In this document: in pieces, positions 25,449 through 33,806 of the stretch
Layout of the letters: each line of letters opens with the position of its first letter
Position numbering within the stretch: position 1 is the stretch's first letter
Virus record (IMG/VR): IMGVR_UViG_3300025653_000130
Coordinates: 1 to 33,806 of that record
Reading direction: 5' to 3' (one strand)
DNA from: a virus
Taxonomy: Duplodnaviria > Caudoviricetes
Length of the DNA: 33,806 bases
Notes under the pieces: model-generated
Told to the model about the DNA's origin: nothing
The model's database searches: none
The model's input: the letters and a program-made list of their open reading frames with translations, nothing else
Program-made: the position numbers and the translations under genes

Positions 25449-25560
25449 AACAGGGTATTCCCTATAGGGTGTTATTCTTTGTGTGTAGCTGGTTTGTCAA
25501 CGGGGGTCAAGCAATTTTTTCGTGTTGACAAGATTTGCCATGTCGATTATGCAGGGGGCA
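25446..25560. promoter_or_regulatory. Divergent control region between the early and replication blocks
   Basis: TTGACA on + at 25525; TTGACC and TTGACA on - at 25510 and 25500; palindrome CCCTATAGGG at 25460. The -10 boxes are weak. Confidence 0.55.
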
Positions 25561-25588
25561 TGTCTTCTGACAAACAAGGAACGCAACG

Positions 25589-26395
25589 ATGAAATCACCA
25601 GCTTGGTTATGTGGGTACGTTGAGTCACTCGACTTCCCTGCGCTGACAAGGTACAGATCAGACTGTCCTGTCTGCGGCAAGAAGAATACATTTAGCGTGA
25701 CGGACGACGGAATGCAACGCCTGTGGTATTGTTTCCACGCTGACTGCAACGTGTCTGGTCGCACAGGTATCACCCTGACAAAAGAACACGCCGCCCGCAC
25801 CCTTCGTGGTTCGCAGGCTTTGGGGCCTGCTCCCCGTACTAATAACACTTACGAGGTGCCCGACACATTTGTCAGTCTTTCTCGTAGCTTAGACGCGGAA
25901 CTTTATGTTAAACGTGTACAAGCATACGATGCGTATCTGTCGGGCAGGGCTGACATTCGGTACGACTTCAAGCGTAATCGCGCTGTCTTTCTTGTGAAGG
26001 ATGGCAACAAAGTCGTAGATGCGGCAGGGAGATCAATCGATGGACGAGCGCCTAAGTGGTATCGCTATGGAAGCAGTAAGCATCCTTTCGTATGTGGGAA
26101 CGGAAATGCTTGCGCCATTGTTGTTGAAGATTGCAGTTCTGCTTGCTCTGCTAGTAATATTTGTACGGCAGTAGCTTTATTGGGAACTAATCTTCTTAGC
26201 GAACACATCAGCGTATTGAAACAATATGACCGTGTGTTCGTCGCGCTTGACAAGGATGCCACTGACAAGGCTATTACGATGGTACGTGCGCTGCACACCC
26301 ACGTGCCGACAAAACTCATGGTTCTTCGAACCGACTTGAAAAACATGCAAAAGGACGAACGTGATGACTTCCTACGATCCTACATCGATAGATAA
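25589..26395 (+). CDS. DNA primase (zinc finger + TOPRIM)
   Basis: CPVC...CFHADC, GRSID..PKW.RY, IVVED and ALDKDA motifs. Confidence 0.88.
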   Translation: MKSPAWLCGYVESLDFPALTRYRSDCPVCGKKNTFSVTDDGMQRLWYCFHADCNVSGRTGITLTKEHAARTLRGSQALGPAPRTNNTYEVPDTFVSLSRSLDAELYVKRVQAYDAYLSGRADIRYDFKRNRAVFLVKDGNKVVDAAGRSIDGRAPKWYRYGSSKHPFVCGNGNACAIVVEDCSSACSASNICTAVALLGTNLLSEHISVLKQYDRVFVALDKDATDKAITMVRALHTHVPTKLMVLRTDLKNMQKDERDDFLRSYIDR

Positions 26396-27593
26396 ACAGC
26401 TACTGGGCTTTTGCCTCAACTCTGAGTTCTTCTCGAATGTGGCCAACACGGTGACCCGTGAGATGTTCACGAAAGAGATGCGTGATGTGTTCGACGTGAT
26501 ATCTCACGCGCACACTACCTATGAGAACGACATCACTGTCGGTGAACTCGCCATCCTGTTCAATGACCGCAACCCTGCTATGCCGGACTCTACACGAGAA
26601 CGGGCACAGGAACTGATCGTCACCCTAGAGCAGGGCAATCCACACAACATGGACATGCACCTCGACATGGTGCGTAACTTCTGGCTGCGTGATCGTGCCC
26701 GTATCATTGGCGAGAAGGCCATTGAGATATTCACGGGTGAGAGCGAGGACTTCGGTGAGTTGCGGGCTATGGTCGAGTCTGTCGAGGATGGACGCATGTC
26801 TGACCGCACCACCTATGAAGAGGTGACGGACAGTCTCGACGAACTGCTCGACGCAAACACCGGAGAGCCTGACTTCCCTTTTGAGTTCGGCCTGATCAAC
26901 GAGCGTGTGGCTGGCCTTGATCGGGGCAACTTGGGTATTATCTTTGCCCGTCCGGAAGTGGGCAAGACGACATTCTGCTGCTTTCTCGCTGCCTCGTACG
27001 TACGGGCCGGACACAAGGTTGTCTACTGGGCAAACGAGGAGCCTGCTGAGAAGATCAAGCTGCGCCTCATCCAGTCGTTCTTCAACATCACACGCAAGGA
27101 ACTCGACGACAATCGTGCCAAGTACACACCGATGTACGAGCGTGACGTGATGCCGTACCTCAAGGTGATGGCTGCTGTGGGCATGGGCGTCGAGGAAGCT
27201 GACGCATACGCAAAGCTGAACAAGCCGGACATCATGTTCATGGATCAGCTTGACAAGTTCCGCATATCTGGCGAATACAACCGTGGTGACGAGCGGCTCA
27301 AGGAGACGTATGTTCACGCCCGTGAGATTGCCAAGCGCAACAAGATGCTGGTGTGGGCTGTCAGTCAGGCATCGAACGACGGGCATGATCGCCAGTTCAT
27401 CGACTACAACATGATGGACAACTCGAAGACCGGCAAGGCTGGCGAGGCTGACATCATCATCGGCATTGGCAAGACAGGGGCGAGTGACGTTGAGAACATC
27501 GTGCGTCACATCTGCATATCAAAGAACAAGATCAACGGATGGCACGGCCCCATAAATGCACAGATAGATGTGCAGCGTGGGGTGTACTACTGA
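26364..27593 (+). CDS. Replicative DnaB/T7 gp4-like (SF4) helicase
   Basis: Walker A ARPEVGKT, NEE, MFMDQLD, VSQAS, EADIIIGI and KNK.NG motifs. Confidence 0.92.
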   Translation: MTSYDPTSIDKQLLGFCLNSEFFSNVANTVTREMFTKEMRDVFDVISHAHTTYENDITVGELAILFNDRNPAMPDSTRERAQELIVTLEQGNPHNMDMHLDMVRNFWLRDRARIIGEKAIEIFTGESEDFGELRAMVESVEDGRMSDRTTYEEVTDSLDELLDANTGEPDFPFEFGLINERVAGLDRGNLGIIFARPEVGKTTFCCFLAASYVRAGHKVVYWANEEPAEKIKLRLIQSFFNITRKELDDNRAKYTPMYERDVMPYLKVMAAVGMGVEEADAYAKLNKPDIMFMDQLDKFRISGEYNRGDERLKETYVHAREIAKRNKMLVWAVSQASNDGHDRQFIDYNMMDNSKTGKAGEADIIIGIGKTGASDVENIVRHICISKNKINGWHGPINAQIDVQRGVYY

Positions 27594-28018
27594 TGAAGTG
27601 GGGGGAAATAGCACCTGACGGCAGAGTATCTATGGGATACCGGCGTGAGAAGAGGAAGGATGGCACCGTTTATGAAAAGGTAAGGTGGACTTCGCAGGAA
27701 GCTTTTGAGCGGCGTAGACTCAGAATTAATCGTAGAAACTCAGACCGAATGAAACGGAGAAGACACTGGCTAACTAGATACAAACTCCACAAGGGCTGTG
27801 AGAGGTGCGGATACAACGCGCATGGTTGTGCCCTACATTTTGATCACATTGATCCTTCTAAAAAGAAAGATCAGGTATCTCTGATTATAAAGGGTACGAT
27901 AAAGAATCTCATACTAGAGGTGAGAAAGTGTCGAGTGCTGTGTGCTAATTGTCATGCAGTAAAGACACACGAGGATAGACAAGTAACACGAGGGCAACAT
28001 GAGCAACCATCAGAATGA
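27593..28018 (+). CDS. HNH endonuclease
   Basis: CERC...FDHID...CRVLCANCH motifs; ATG overlaps the helicase TGA. Confidence 0.85.
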   Translation: MKWGEIAPDGRVSMGYRREKRKDGTVYEKVRWTSQEAFERRRLRINRRNSDRMKRRRHWLTRYKLHKGCERCGYNAHGCALHFDHIDPSKKKDQVSLIIKGTIKNLILEVRKCRVLCANCHAVKTHEDRQVTRGQHEQPSE

Positions 28019-28151
28019 AGAGATACTTGAACGCCTCTACGACGAGGAGTACGTTCGTATACAGAAGCGTTGGCCTATGCTATCAGACGAACACACAGAG
28101 AAGTTCGCTGCGTACTTTGCACAGAAGCGGTTCGAGGAGGAGTCAGAATGA
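27999..28151 (+). CDS. 50-aa hypothetical protein (not in the ORF track): MSNHQNEEILERLYDEE...KRFEEESE
   Basis: GAGGG RBS, ATG at 27999 and TGA at 28149-28151. Confidence 0.75.
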   Translation: MSNHQNEEILERLYDEEYVRIQKRWPMLSDEHTEKFAAYFAQKRFEEESE

Positions 28152-28192
28152 ACGTCCTGACCTTTGACGTGCAGTGCGGGGTGTACTACTGA
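28148..28192 (+). pseudogene. Chimeric 14-codon mini-ORF MNVLTFDV-QCGVYY: exonuclease-gene start fused to helicase-gene end
   Basis: First 8 codons match 28491-28514; last 8 codons plus TGATG match 27567-27595. Confidence 0.8.
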
Positions 28193-28494
28193 TGGCTAAC
28201 ACTAACAGAATAGGTGACATTACTGAACTCGACATATGCCATTACTTCTTGGAACACGGCTTCGAAGTTTTCAGAAATGTGTCATCTAGTGGGCCTGTTG
28301 ACTTCGTTACCTTAGACACAAACACAGGCGAGATAACCCTGTATGACAGTAAGACGGTAAACCCATACATAAATAAAGATGGTAAATGTGTGGTTCACTT
28401 AACAAAATTAAGTGACGTTCAAAAACGCTTGGGTGTTATGCTTGTGGGTAAGTATGGTGATACAATAATCACTGGAGAGAAGACAATACTATGA
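28192..28494 (+). CDS. PD-(D/E)XK family endonuclease
   Basis: GDITE...GFEVF...GPVDFV...LYDSKT motifs. Confidence 0.8.
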   Translation: MANTNRIGDITELDICHYFLEHGFEVFRNVSSSGPVDFVTLDTNTGEITLYDSKTVNPYINKDGKCVVHLTKLSDVQKRLGVMLVGKYGDTIITGEKTIL

Positions 28495-29075
28495 ACGTAC
28501 TGACATTTGACGTAGAGACAACCCACACGAATAAGCCCAACGGCGGCACGACTGCGCTGCCTTACTTCGGAAACCGCCTCGTGTCGATAGGCTACAAGTG
28601 GCTGGGTGAAGACAACGTGTTTTATCACTGTTACTATCACGAGACTGAGCCACCTACACCTAACGCAGCGCACAGCTTTCAGGTTGCACTCAACTGCGCC
28701 GATGTGGTCTTGGGCCAGAACATCAAGTTTGACTTGCAGTGGATACGTGACTGCGGGTTCATATACAAGGGAGACATCTATGATACTATGGTTGCGGAGT
28801 ATGTTTTATCAAAAGCGAGACGCTGGCCTCTTGGACTTGCTGCTCTTGCAAAAAAGTATGACACAGTGCAAAAGGAGAAGGACCTTGTTCAGCCGTATCT
28901 GGACGGGGGCAAGACGTTCTACGAGATACCGTGGGAGATAGTACGAGAGTATGGCATTGCTGACGTGATAAGCACGGAGCAAGTAGCCCTGAAACAACTG
29001 GATGCCTTTGGCACTACATTCGAGGACTTATACAATGACGAACGATCTACTGCCGACACTGCGCTTGTCGTTTGA
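28491..29075 (+). CDS. 3'-5' proofreading exonuclease domain of DNA polymerase A, as a separate ORF
   Basis: ExoI FDVET, ExoII QNIKFDL, YDTM, ExoIII YGIADV. Confidence 0.88.
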   Translation: MNVLTFDVETTHTNKPNGGTTALPYFGNRLVSIGYKWLGEDNVFYHCYYHETEPPTPNAAHSFQVALNCADVVLGQNIKFDLQWIRDCGFIYKGDIYDTMVAEYVLSKARRWPLGLAALAKKYDTVQKEKDLVQPYLDGGKTFYEIPWEIVREYGIADVISTEQVALKQLDAFGTTFEDLYNDERSTADTALVV

Positions 29076-30573
29076 AATGGCCGACACACTGGCCCGCATC
29101 GAACGCAACGGATTGCGGGTCAACCTAGATACACTACAAGAGATTGAGAAGCAGTACCAAGAGGAACTCGACGCACTCGAACTGCGCCTCAACGAGATGG
29201 CACGTGAGGCTATGGGTGACACGCCCATCAGTCTGACCAGCCCAGACGACAGGTCGATGCTTCTCTACTCTCGTAAGGTAAGAGACAAGAAGGCGTGGTC
29301 ACAGATGTTCAACTTGGGTATGGAGCGTCGTGGTGCCACGATGAAGCCTAAGCAGCGCACACGCATGTCAGGCAAGGACTTCCGCCTCGCTGTACGCAAC
29401 AACACGGATGTCGTATATAAGACAATTGGTGAGCAGTGCCGCACCTGTGTCGGATTCGGCAAAGTTCGACCTGTACGCAAGGACGGCACACCAAGCAAGG
29501 CTCTGCGTATCTGTAAGACATGCGGCGGCAAGGGTGTGGTCTATCGCCCGACAAGTGAGGTGGCAGGCTTCAAGATCGTACCGCGCAACGTGCGTGACGT
29601 GGCATCTGCTGGCTTCAAGACGGACAAGGACACACTGGCTGAACGCGAACTCGAACTGTCGGGTCCGGCCCGTGAGTTTGCATCGTCTTACGTGCGCTAC
29701 AATGCGTTGCGTATGTATTTGGGAACCTTCGTAGAGGGGATGAAAAACAATGTCGATGACTACGGAATCGTACATCCGGAATTTATGCAGTGTGTTACGG
29801 CGACGGGTCGCCTTTCGTCTCGTAACCCGAACTTTCAGAATATGCCACGTGGTAATACCTTCGAGATACGCAAGGTTGTCGAGAGTCGCTTTGAGGACGG
29901 CAAGATCATTGAGGGCGACTACTCGCAACTCGAATTCAGAGTCGCAGGATTTCTAGCCAATGATCAGCAGGCGTACGATGATGTGCGTATCGGCACTGAC
30001 GTACACAGCTACACTGCTGGTGTCATAGGCTGCTCACGTCAAGAAGCGAAGGCTCACACCTTCAAGCCTCTCTATGGTGGCACTACGGGCACAGAGGCCC
30101 AGCAACGCTACTACAGGGCCTTCAAGGAGAAGTATGGGGGTGTATCCCTCTGGCATGAAGACTTGCAGCGAGAGGCCGTTGAGAAGCGCGTAGTGACGCT
30201 TCCGTCTGGCAGGCAGTATGCTTTCCCTGATGCGCGGTGGACAAAGTACGGCACGGCTACACACAGGACAAACATATGCAACTATCCTGTGCAGGGGTTC
30301 GCAACCGCCGACCTCTTGCCCGCTGCCCTCGTTCGCCTCGACAGCCTGTTCATAGAAAACAAACTACAGTCTGTGATATGCAACACGGTCCACGACTCGA
30401 TTGTAATTGACTGTCACCCAGATGAAAAAATCATTTGCGTCAAGCTGATGCGGGATGCTATGCTCTCTCTACCTGAAGAGACGATACGACGCTATGGTGT
30501 CGAGTATGACATGCCCGTCGAGATTGAGATAAAAATGGGCGATAACTGGCTTGACTTGCACGTCGTAGAGTAG
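29035..30573 (+). CDS. polA: DNA polymerase family A polymerase domain with DnaJ-type zinc-finger insertion
   Basis: TATGRLSS.NPNFQN, DYSQLEFR, KAHTFKPLYG, NYPVQG and TVHDS motifs. Insertion CRTCVGFG...CKTCGGKG. GAGGA RBS before ATG 29035. Confidence 0.93.
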   Translation: MTNDLLPTLRLSFEMADTLARIERNGLRVNLDTLQEIEKQYQEELDALELRLNEMAREAMGDTPISLTSPDDRSMLLYSRKVRDKKAWSQMFNLGMERRGATMKPKQRTRMSGKDFRLAVRNNTDVVYKTIGEQCRTCVGFGKVRPVRKDGTPSKALRICKTCGGKGVVYRPTSEVAGFKIVPRNVRDVASAGFKTDKDTLAERELELSGPAREFASSYVRYNALRMYLGTFVEGMKNNVDDYGIVHPEFMQCVTATGRLSSRNPNFQNMPRGNTFEIRKVVESRFEDGKIIEGDYSQLEFRVAGFLANDQQAYDDVRIGTDVHSYTAGVIGCSRQEAKAHTFKPLYGGTTGTEAQQRYYRAFKEKYGGVSLWHEDLQREAVEKRVVTLPSGRQYAFPDARWTKYGTATHRTNICNYPVQGFATADLLPAALVRLDSLFIENKLQSVICNTVHDSIVIDCHPDEKIICVKLMRDAMLSLPEETIRRYGVEYDMPVEIEIKMGDNWLDLHVVE

Positions 30574-30579
30574 TAATAT
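30551..30579 (+). promoter_or_regulatory. Probable sigma70 promoter for the ssb operon
   Basis: TTGACT, 17 bp, TAATAT. Confidence 0.6.
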
Positions 30580-30619
30580 CTATCTACCAACCCTAGAACG
30601 TAAAGGAGATCAACGGATC

Positions 30620-31492
30620 ATGTTAGGGACAGAACTAATGGAAATGGACAACGACCTTGATAACATCGTAGCGGCTATGTCGAGCGATAACGTCGAGGAG
30701 ATGATGAAGCTTACTGGACAGGGTGGCGGTGCCACTGAGAAGGTCGGGCTTCCTCGTTTGAACATCAACTACGATCAGGAGACGGACGACGGTCACAACC
30801 TCACACGGGGCGACTGGAAGATGTTTCTCAACGGTCAGTACATCTTCGCCAAAGAAGTCAAGCTTCGAGCGTTGCTGCGTACCTACGAGTATTCTATGTG
30901 GGATGCAGAGGCCAACGAGGGTAAGGGCGGCTTCTCATGCAAGTCAGTCCAGAAGACTTCATTTGGCGGTGGATTCCCCGACACGCAGGGTGGTAACAAG
31001 TGTGGTCGCCTCACTCGTGACGAGGAGGATGCACTCGACAAGGATGACGTGCGATACCTGACTTCTCGTGCTGTCGTCTGTAATCAGGTTATCTATGGAC
31101 GCATCAGTGGCACGTTCCACTCTGCGGATGGTACGCCTGTCGAGGTGACCGACGAGCCGGTGATTGCTTACTTCAAGCGATCAGGGTTCAAGCCTATCGC
31201 AGACTTCATTCAGGGTCTGACGAAGCAAAACAAACTGATGGCGCAGACCAGCATCTTGCTGCGTACGAACCGTCAAAAGAAGGGCAGCGTGACCTACTGG
31301 ACGCCGATGCCTACGTTCGATAGCACTGTAGCTATCACGGACGACGATAAGGAACTGTTGGGAACTTTCGCGGAAACCGTCAAGGGTCACAACGAAAACG
31401 TAATGAATGGGCACAGGGAAGCATCTAAGCTGATGTCAGACGATAGCGATATCGATCTGGCTGCGGATTTCAAAGATGCTGACGCTGCTTAA
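30620..31492 (+). CDS. Putative single-stranded DNA-binding protein
   Basis: 290 aa after the polymerase, with an acidic C-terminal tail and a strong AAGGAG RBS. Confidence 0.55.
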   Translation: MLGTELMEMDNDLDNIVAAMSSDNVEEMMKLTGQGGGATEKVGLPRLNINYDQETDDGHNLTRGDWKMFLNGQYIFAKEVKLRALLRTYEYSMWDAEANEGKGGFSCKSVQKTSFGGGFPDTQGGNKCGRLTRDEEDALDKDDVRYLTSRAVVCNQVIYGRISGTFHSADGTPVEVTDEPVIAYFKRSGFKPIADFIQGLTKQNKLMAQTSILLRTNRQKKGSVTYWTPMPTFDSTVAITDDDKELLGTFAETVKGHNENVMNGHREASKLMSDDSDIDLAADFKDADAA

Positions 31493-32369
31493 CATTCAGG
31501 ACTACATGTCTAAGGCTTTGCGGGGGGAGACCAGCGCTTCCCCCGCAGGTCTTTCTGCGTTTGTAGACGAGACGAGACACTCAGTAAACAGGCAACTCAC
31601 TGAAAAGCGCGGTGAGTATCGCATACGTATGTCCGGCTTGGGTCGCCCCCTATGCCAGCAAGTCCTAGAGAAGAAGGGCATCAAGGAGTCGATGCAGTAC
31701 AATACGCTGTTTCGATTTATCTTCGGTGACATCACAGAGGCTATCCTCATGCTTGTCATGCGAGAGGCGGGCGTGGACATCGTGGATGCCCAGCGTCAGG
31801 TCGAACTGAAGGTGGGTGATCAAACGATCAAGGGCACACTCGACGTAATCATACGTGACGAGACCGGCACAGAGAAAGTGTGGGACATCAAGTCAGCAAG
31901 TGACTGGGCGTTCAAGAACAAGTTCACTGGGTTCGGTGGCTACGATGGCCTCAAGGAAGATGATCCCTTTGGATACGTCATGCAGGGCTTTCTCTACTCT
32001 GCGGCGACGGGCATGCCATTCGGCGGATGGATCGTAGTCAACAAGTCGAGCGGCGAGGTGGCTATGGTCGAGGCACCGGAGTGGCAGGATGAGGACCGTG
32101 CCAAATATTTGGCGGACGCTGAGGAGCGTGTCAAATTCCTGACAGACCCCGACGTTAAGGAATTCAAACCCTACCCCGATGAGTTCGAGACGTATCGCCG
32201 CAAGGGTGAAACCCTGCGTACAGGCAACAAGGTCTTGGCAAAGGAATGCAATCTGTGTGGCTTCCGCAGTCACTGCTGGCCGAAAGCAGAACTGCACCCC
32301 CGTGTGACATCACAGGCCAAATCGCCGCCACAGGTGTGGTACACCAAGCTGAAGACAAGGGAGGTGTAG
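31476..32369 (+). CDS. PD-(D/E)XK (Cas4/RecB-like) exonuclease
   Basis: RMSGLGRPLC, GTLD...WDIKS, Q...Y and C-terminal CNLC.....C motifs. Confidence 0.82.
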   Translation: MLTLLNIQDYMSKALRGETSASPAGLSAFVDETRHSVNRQLTEKRGEYRIRMSGLGRPLCQQVLEKKGIKESMQYNTLFRFIFGDITEAILMLVMREAGVDIVDAQRQVELKVGDQTIKGTLDVIIRDETGTEKVWDIKSASDWAFKNKFTGFGGYDGLKEDDPFGYVMQGFLYSAATGMPFGGWIVVNKSSGEVAMVEAPEWQDEDRAKYLADAEERVKFLTDPDVKEFKPYPDEFETYRRKGETLRTGNKVLAKECNLCGFRSHCWPKAELHPRVTSQAKSPPQVWYTKLKTREV

Positions 32370-32370
32370 G

Positions 32371-32751
32371 ATGCCCTATATCTTCGTACGAGACTACGAG
32401 ATAGAACTGATGGAGATGAACAAGGAACTGCATCACGTCTATGTCGAGTCTCACGGCGGCAGTGGCGGGGAGCGTAAGCTTGTTCGTCTTCGCATGAATG
32501 AGCGGGGTCTCCCCCTCACACTGCGCGACAACTACAGTGAGTTGGGTACGCTGTCTTCGGGTACCGAAAAGCGTGACATCACCACACTCGAATCTGAATT
32601 GCAGAAGATAGGAAGAGTAGCACACTCTGGAGCAAACGTATGCGTCCCACTGAATCGTTTGACAAACGAACTATCTATAATCGAAAAACTTTCCCCAAGA
32701 GTGGCAGGGTACGTGATACAAAGAATGGGGTCGATAGGAATGCAGATATGA
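32371..32751 (+). CDS. Hypothetical protein
   Basis: 126 aa with a GGAGGT RBS and ATGA overlap downstream. Confidence 0.75.
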   Translation: MPYIFVRDYEIELMEMNKELHHVYVESHGGSGGERKLVRLRMNERGLPLTLRDNYSELGTLSSGTEKRDITTLESELQKIGRVAHSGANVCVPLNRLTNELSIIEKLSPRVAGYVIQRMGSIGMQI

Positions 32752-33137
32752 AGCGTGGCAATCGCAAGGCAGGGTTCCGGTCTAACTTCGAGTTAGGCAT
32801 AGCGAAAAAACTGAGTAGCAAAAAAATTCCATACGAATATGAGAGCCTACGACTTACGTACGTGCCCAAGCCCCGCACCTACACACCAGACTTTCATCTT
32901 ACCAAGCAGAACATAATCATCGAAGCGAAGGGATACTTCGACAAGGGTGACCGTGTTAAGATGCTTCTGATCAAGGAGCAGCATCCTGACTTGGACATTC
33001 GTATTGTTTTCCTGAATGCACGGAATAAGATTTACAAGGGAAGCAAGACCACGTACGGTGCGTGGGCAGAGAAGAATGGATTCAAGTGGGCAGAGGGTTC
33101 GATCCCAGAGGAGTGGCTAAAAGATGACAACGATTGA
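32748..33137 (+). CDS. T7 gp3-like endonuclease I / Holliday junction resolvase
   Basis: FRSNFE, YTPDF, IEAKG, QHPDLDIR.VF and TTYGAWAEKNGF motifs. Start reassigned to 32748. Confidence 0.9.
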   Translation: MKRGNRKAGFRSNFELGIAKKLSSKKIPYEYESLRLTYVPKPRTYTPDFHLTKQNIIIEAKGYFDKGDRVKMLLIKEQHPDLDIRIVFLNARNKIYKGSKTTYGAWAEKNGFKWAEGSIPEEWLKDDND

Positions 33138-33468
33138 TGAGGGTGAATTCGAAAAGGCAACCCTGATGCCTAACCGCTGGTACATTATCCTGCGTAAGAT
33201 CGACGAGGAAAGCTTCCAAGTGTCTGCGTACGATACGACCACAGACGACGACGAAGAGTTCTACGAGGCCGGTACGATTGTGACGAACGGCATGATGGAA
33301 CTCCTAGAGTCTGACTTCGACAGAGTGATGGAAGCAGGCTTGGCGCGGCTGGCCTTCGAGAGTGTCAAGGAGAAGATGCTTGACGAGGTGGACAGCGACA
33401 ACGGCCCCGTCGTAAAGCACGAAGACGGTACGAACATAGTCAAGATAGATTTTGGTAAGACGCAATGA
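33124..33468 (+). CDS. Acidic hypothetical protein
   Basis: 114 aa with a GAGGAG RBS and a C-terminal NIVKIDF. Confidence 0.75.
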   Translation: MTTIDEGEFEKATLMPNRWYIILRKIDEESFQVSAYDTTTDDDEEFYEAGTIVTNGMMELLESDFDRVMEAGLARLAFESVKEKMLDEVDSDNGPVVKHEDGTNIVKIDFGKTQ

Positions 33469-33800
33469 TCAAAGAGAACTGGACCCTCAACAACTATCAG
33501 ATGCAGGCTCGTGAGTTTGCCATCTACCCAGAGGACATGAAGATCACCTACCCCACTCTGGGCCTAGCCGGTGAGGCAGGCGAGGTGGCAGACAAGGTGA
33601 AGAAGGTCTACCGTGACGGGCGTGACGACTCCCGGTTCAAGGGGGAGATAGCAAAAGAGATCGGTGACGTTCTCTGGTATTGCGCTGCCCTCGCAGATGA
33701 TCTAGGGTTTTCTTTGCAGCAGATTGCAGAGATGAATATGTACAAGCTGAAGTCTCGCAAGGCTGCTGGTAAGATACAGGGTGATGGAGACAACAGATGA
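33465..33800 (+). CDS. mazG: MazG-like nucleotide pyrophosphohydrolase
   Basis: LGLAGEAGEVADKVKK...KEIGDVLWY and C-terminal G.GDNR motifs. Confidence 0.88.
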   Translation: MIKENWTLNNYQMQAREFAIYPEDMKITYPTLGLAGEAGEVADKVKKVYRDGRDDSRFKGEIAKEIGDVLWYCAALADDLGFSLQQIAEMNMYKLKSRKAAGKIQGDGDNR

Positions 33801-33806
33801 GACACG

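Noticed and set aside
27593-28494. Group I intron or intein carrying the endonucleases
   Set aside because: The nucleases lie between intact genes and are translationally coupled. No interrupted reading frame or splicing motifs are seen.
31476-32369. Cas4-like nuclease as evidence of CRISPR-Cas
   Set aside because: No array or other cas genes are present. Such exonucleases are routine in phage replication modules.
26065-33805. Minus-strand ORFs in the replication block (for example 26625-27509, 294 aa)
   Set aside because: They are antisense shadows of helicase, polymerase and other genes, arising from codon bias.
1-33806. tRNA genes, att site or alternative genetic code
   Set aside because: No cloverleaf was recognised by eye. 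Standard-code ORFs tile the window densely using all three stop codons, and no host-phage junction is visible.

Overview
A 33.8-kb segment of a dsDNA podovirus-like phage genome. It closely resembles marine HMO-2011-type (SAR116/Roseobacter) phages, since its family A DNA polymerase carries the diagnostic DnaJ-type CxxCxGxG zinc-finger insertion. There are three blocks. (1) 1-19749, minus strand: morphogenesis and lysis (TerS, TerL, portal, large internal protein, scaffold, major and minor capsid, basic proteins, holin-like proteins, lysozyme, tail adaptor, nozzle and fibre). (2) About 20500-25450, minus strand: small early and regulatory genes. (3) 25589-33806, plus strand: replication (primase, helicase, two free-standing endonucleases, split exonuclease/polymerase, SSB-like protein, exonuclease, resolvase, MazG). 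Transcription appears to rely on host sigma70-type promoters, and no phage RNA polymerase is seen in the window. The most unusual observations are: a 655-aa protein with a recognisable tyrosine-recombinase catalytic signature sitting between TerL and portal in the late operon; a duplicated chimeric helicase/polymerase junction that stacks two different endonuclease cassettes; twin hairpins with identical internal loops in the scaffold-gene leader; and a polymerase split into two ORFs. All product calls come from motifs and synteny read by eye; no database searches were run.
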